A DNA stretch of 64,000 nt from an uncultured Enterobacteriaceae bacterium. Lineage in GTDB: Bacteria; Pseudomonadota; Gammaproteobacteria; Eutrophobiales; Eutrophobiaceae. The stretch spans positions 80,241 through 144,240 of the forward strand of contig CAYZJI010000006.1 of assembly GCA_964479045.1 (NCBI GenBank), in the 5' to 3' direction. Shown piece by piece: positions 61,899-64,000 of the stretch. Position 1 is the first letter of the stretch. Each line of letters starts with the position of its first letter. The notes below the pieces were generated by a model. The model was given only the letters and a program-made list of their open reading frames with translations. It did not search any database and was not told the DNA's origin. Made by a program: the position numbers and the translations under genes.

Positions 61899-62186
61899 AT
61901 GAACAAGGAAAGTTTTGAATGGGATTATGTAAAGGACATCTATAACCGCCTGAAACATGGTGTTGCATTCAAGGACGCCCAATACGTATTTGATGATCCC
62001 TTCAGAATCATGGCTCCTTATAAAACGCATAGTTCCAGTGAGGCAAGATTTTATTGTATAGGAAAAGTTGTTGATGGAATCATGACTGTAAGATTTACAA
62101 TACGGGAAAACAGAATTCGAATTATAGGCGCAGGTTACTGGCGCAAAGGCTGGAAAGTTTATGAAGAAAAAAATCAAATACACTGA
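61899..62186 (+). CDS. brnT: BrnT-family toxin (DUF497 ribonuclease) of type II TA system
   Basis: FEWDYVKDIYNRLKHGVAFKDAQYVFDDPF ... RFYCIGKV ... IRIIGAGYWRKGWKVYEE matches the BrnT/DUF497 pattern. It overlaps the downstream antitoxin gene. Confidence 0.7.
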   Translation: MNKESFEWDYVKDIYNRLKHGVAFKDAQYVFDDPFRIMAPYKTHSSSEARFYCIGKVVDGIMTVRFTIRENRIRIIGAGYWRKGWKVYEEKNQIH

Positions 62187-62394
62187 TGAGCCAATGGGTG
62201 ATATTGAAATCATTAAAGATTTTCTGCCACCACCAGACAAACTGGTTTTCAAGGAGGATAAGGTTAAAGTGACCATCGCCTTAAACCGTTCCAGCCTCAC
62301 ATTTTTTAAAAAGCATGCTGCAAAATACCGTGTTCCCTATCAAAAAATGATCCGGAACCTGCTGGATGAATATGTCGCACGGCATAATAAATAA
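62161..62394 (+). CDS. brnA: BrnA-family antitoxin (CopG/RHH-like, COG3514)
   Basis: 77 aa. The C-terminal ALNRSSLTFFKKHAAKYRVPYQKMIRNLLDEYV matches the BrnA family. It overlaps brnT by 26 nt. Confidence 0.65.
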   Translation: MKKKIKYTDEPMGDIEIIKDFLPPPDKLVFKEDKVKVTIALNRSSLTFFKKHAAKYRVPYQKMIRNLLDEYVARHNK

Positions 62395-62735
62395 AAGACA
62401 TGTCCCCTGACCTCATAAGAATGAAACAGACAGTACGCTTATGACCGCGTTGCACAACATGACAGGGAATCCGGGGCAAAGAAAGACATCCTGGGTTTCC
62501 ATAGTATTCATCTTTCCATATCAGCTGTCTTTAATAACAACATAACTATCTGTTTCCCATTATGTTTCCATCCCTGTATCCTGCAGGAATTATTCAAGTG
62601 TGGCTTCAGCAACCATTTATTTATCGGTACTGCCTTTTTTCGTTTCATACGGAGAAACGTGATACTCATTACTGTAAATTAAGGATAATATTGTTCTAAA
62701 ATGGCAGTCTGTTCTGGGCATCCGGCAAGGCAACA

Positions 62736-63728
62736 ATGAATAAACCTAAAAATGCTCGTTCAAAAGATGCTGAAGCCCTCATCAAACTGATGAGTTACTA
62801 TCCCATTTTCAAAAATGTCGATTTGTCCACCATATCGGAGCCATTGAAGTTTTGCCGGATAAAGGAATTGAAGGAAGGGGAATTACTGCTCAGTCCGTCA
62901 GAGCCCAACACCCAGTTATTTATTCTTGTTGAAGGATTACTTACTGTCCATACCGAGTTACATATGGAACCGGTTGCTACGATACGACGTGGCGATTGTT
63001 TTGGTGAAATGTCACTGTTCGAGGGTGAATTACCTTCAGCGTATGTTGTTGCCATTCAACCCGTCAGGGTATTGGGGATCCACAAGGAAATTATCTGGCA
63101 ATTAATCGATGGAGACAATAAATTCGCCCAGAACATGTTACACATGTTATTACGTCGAATCAGTTCAGGTAATGAAGCGCTTGCAGAGGTACAGGAAAAA
63201 TTACAGGTTCAGGAAGTCAGCACGTTTGTCGATCCCCTGACTGGAATCTATAACCGTCGCTGGTTAAACAGCATGTTCAACCGTGTGATCGAACGTGCGT
63301 TAAAATCCGATCAGGAATGCGAAAAAGTTTTCCTGCTCATGATCGATATTGATCACTTCAAGGAATTCAATGATGTTTACGGGCATTTGTCAGGAGACCA
63401 ATGTCTGCGTATGGCAGCTTCCACCCTGCGCGACAAGATGCGTCCAACCGATCTTTTATCACGATATGGCGGTGAGGAATTCAGTGTATTATTGAGCGGA
63501 GCCAGTATCAGTGATTGCAGGATAGTCGCTGAACGGCTGCGGAGGGCCGTTGCCGATAAAAAAATCAAGGACAGACATGGAAATGAATTGCCTTCAGTTA
63601 CGATTTCCATTGGCATTGCGCAATTAAAACATAATGATTCCATTGAAGACCTGTTCGAACGTGCAGACAAGTCTCTCTACCACGCAAAGGAAAATGGCCG
63701 AAATCGCATTTGTTTTGATGGTTCATGA
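62736..63728 (+). CDS. Cyclic-nucleotide-binding (cNMP) domain-GGDEF diguanylate cyclase
   Basis: The N-terminal cNMP-binding domain carries GDCFGEMSLF. The C-terminal GGDEF carries RYGGEEF and an I-site-like RxxD. Confidence 0.8.
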   Translation: MNKPKNARSKDAEALIKLMSYYPIFKNVDLSTISEPLKFCRIKELKEGELLLSPSEPNTQLFILVEGLLTVHTELHMEPVATIRRGDCFGEMSLFEGELPSAYVVAIQPVRVLGIHKEIIWQLIDGDNKFAQNMLHMLLRRISSGNEALAEVQEKLQVQEVSTFVDPLTGIYNRRWLNSMFNRVIERALKSDQECEKVFLLMIDIDHFKEFNDVYGHLSGDQCLRMAASTLRDKMRPTDLLSRYGGEEFSVLLSGASISDCRIVAERLRRAVADKKIKDRHGNELPSVTISIGIAQLKHNDSIEDLFERADKSLYHAKENGRNRICFDGS

Positions 63729-63760
63729 TTAAATCATAATCATGAAGATCAATATCAAAA

Positions 63761-63786
63761 TGTCAGGGCTTTGATCCCTGACATTT
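63761..63786. terminator. Bidirectional terminator hairpin (tgtcaggg-ctttgat-ccctgaca) between convergent genes
   Basis: An 8-bp stem with T-runs on both sides. It overlaps the stop codon of the minus-strand partial CDS. Confidence 0.55.
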
Positions 63787-64000
63787 CTGTAAAAATTGTT
63801 TGGTAGATTCTGGCATGGGGACGCGTACAGTAGCGAGACTTACCAGCAAATTGCCCCCGGCGCGGATAAGGTCAAATACTTTCTTGTTGCCATTGGTGAT
63901 TTCAGGGGCCTGCTGTTCATAGTTAATGATGAACGCTTCAAGCGCTTCCTTGGCAGCAACATAGCGTGGCCAGACATCGAAGATGACCGGATCCGTGCGC
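63763..64000 (-). CDS. Hypothetical protein, C-terminal 78 codons (gene continues beyond window end)
   Basis: An open frame on the minus strand runs from the window edge to the TGA at 63763-63765 (...DVWPRYVAAKEALEAFIINYEQQAPEITNGNKKVFDLIRAGG...). It is absent from the track because it has no in-window start. Confidence 0.4.
   Translation of the reverse strand, partial: RTDPVIFDVWPRYVAAKEALEAFIINYEQQAPEITNGNKKVFDLIRAGGNLLVSLATVRVPMPESTKQFLQKCQGSKP

Overview
This 64-kb window is a chromosomal segment of a gammaproteobacterium, mostly at roughly 50% GC by eye. It is dominated by core metabolism, with two small AT-rich islets and one cargo-like cluster inserted among the housekeeping genes.

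**Housekeeping genes.** A TCA block sits at 6.8-15.7 kb: mdh, then gltA divergent from sucA-sucB-lpd. Elsewhere are mpl, a carboxynorspermidine decarboxylase (nspC-like), rppH, acs, ppa, ispG, fabA-fabB, rlmI, the protein acetyltransferase pat, typA, malic enzyme, arfB, a yajD-like HNH gene, tag, and cstA with its ybdD partner.

**PHA locus (17.5-24.7 kb).** It has the class-III arrangement: phaA-phaB-phaR, a second PhaB-like reductase carrying a phasin-like N-terminal extension, and a phasin, convergent with phaE-phaC and a second phasin.

**Signalling genes.** These are a sensor-PAS-GGDEF-EAL protein, a cNMP-binding GGDEF protein, and a Hanks-type Ser/Thr kinase encoded with two small upstream ORFs.

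**Candidate novel system.** The strongest candidate is a roughly 0.9-kb AT-rich insertion (5.86-6.80 kb) between a HAD hydrolase gene and mdh. It encodes a single 220-aa protein with an R-x4-H (HEPN-like) motif, which suggests a single-gene abortive-infection or RNase defence module.

**Second AT-rich islet (61.8-62.7 kb).** It carries a brnT/brnA toxin-antitoxin pair beside a decayed HlyD-family gene.

**Non-coding features.** These include a roughly 270-bp MITE-like element with 23-bp terminal inverted repeats in the gltA/sucA intergenic region, a family of REP-like palindromes (ccctctccc-N3-4-gggagaggg), a 40-bp perfect tandem duplication upstream of a MATE efflux gene, an inverted-repeat element filling the tag/monooxygenase intergenic space, and a promoter-plus-terminator-bounded non-coding (or small-ORF) region at 55.2-55.6 kb.

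No tRNA, rRNA or CRISPR arrays were recognised.
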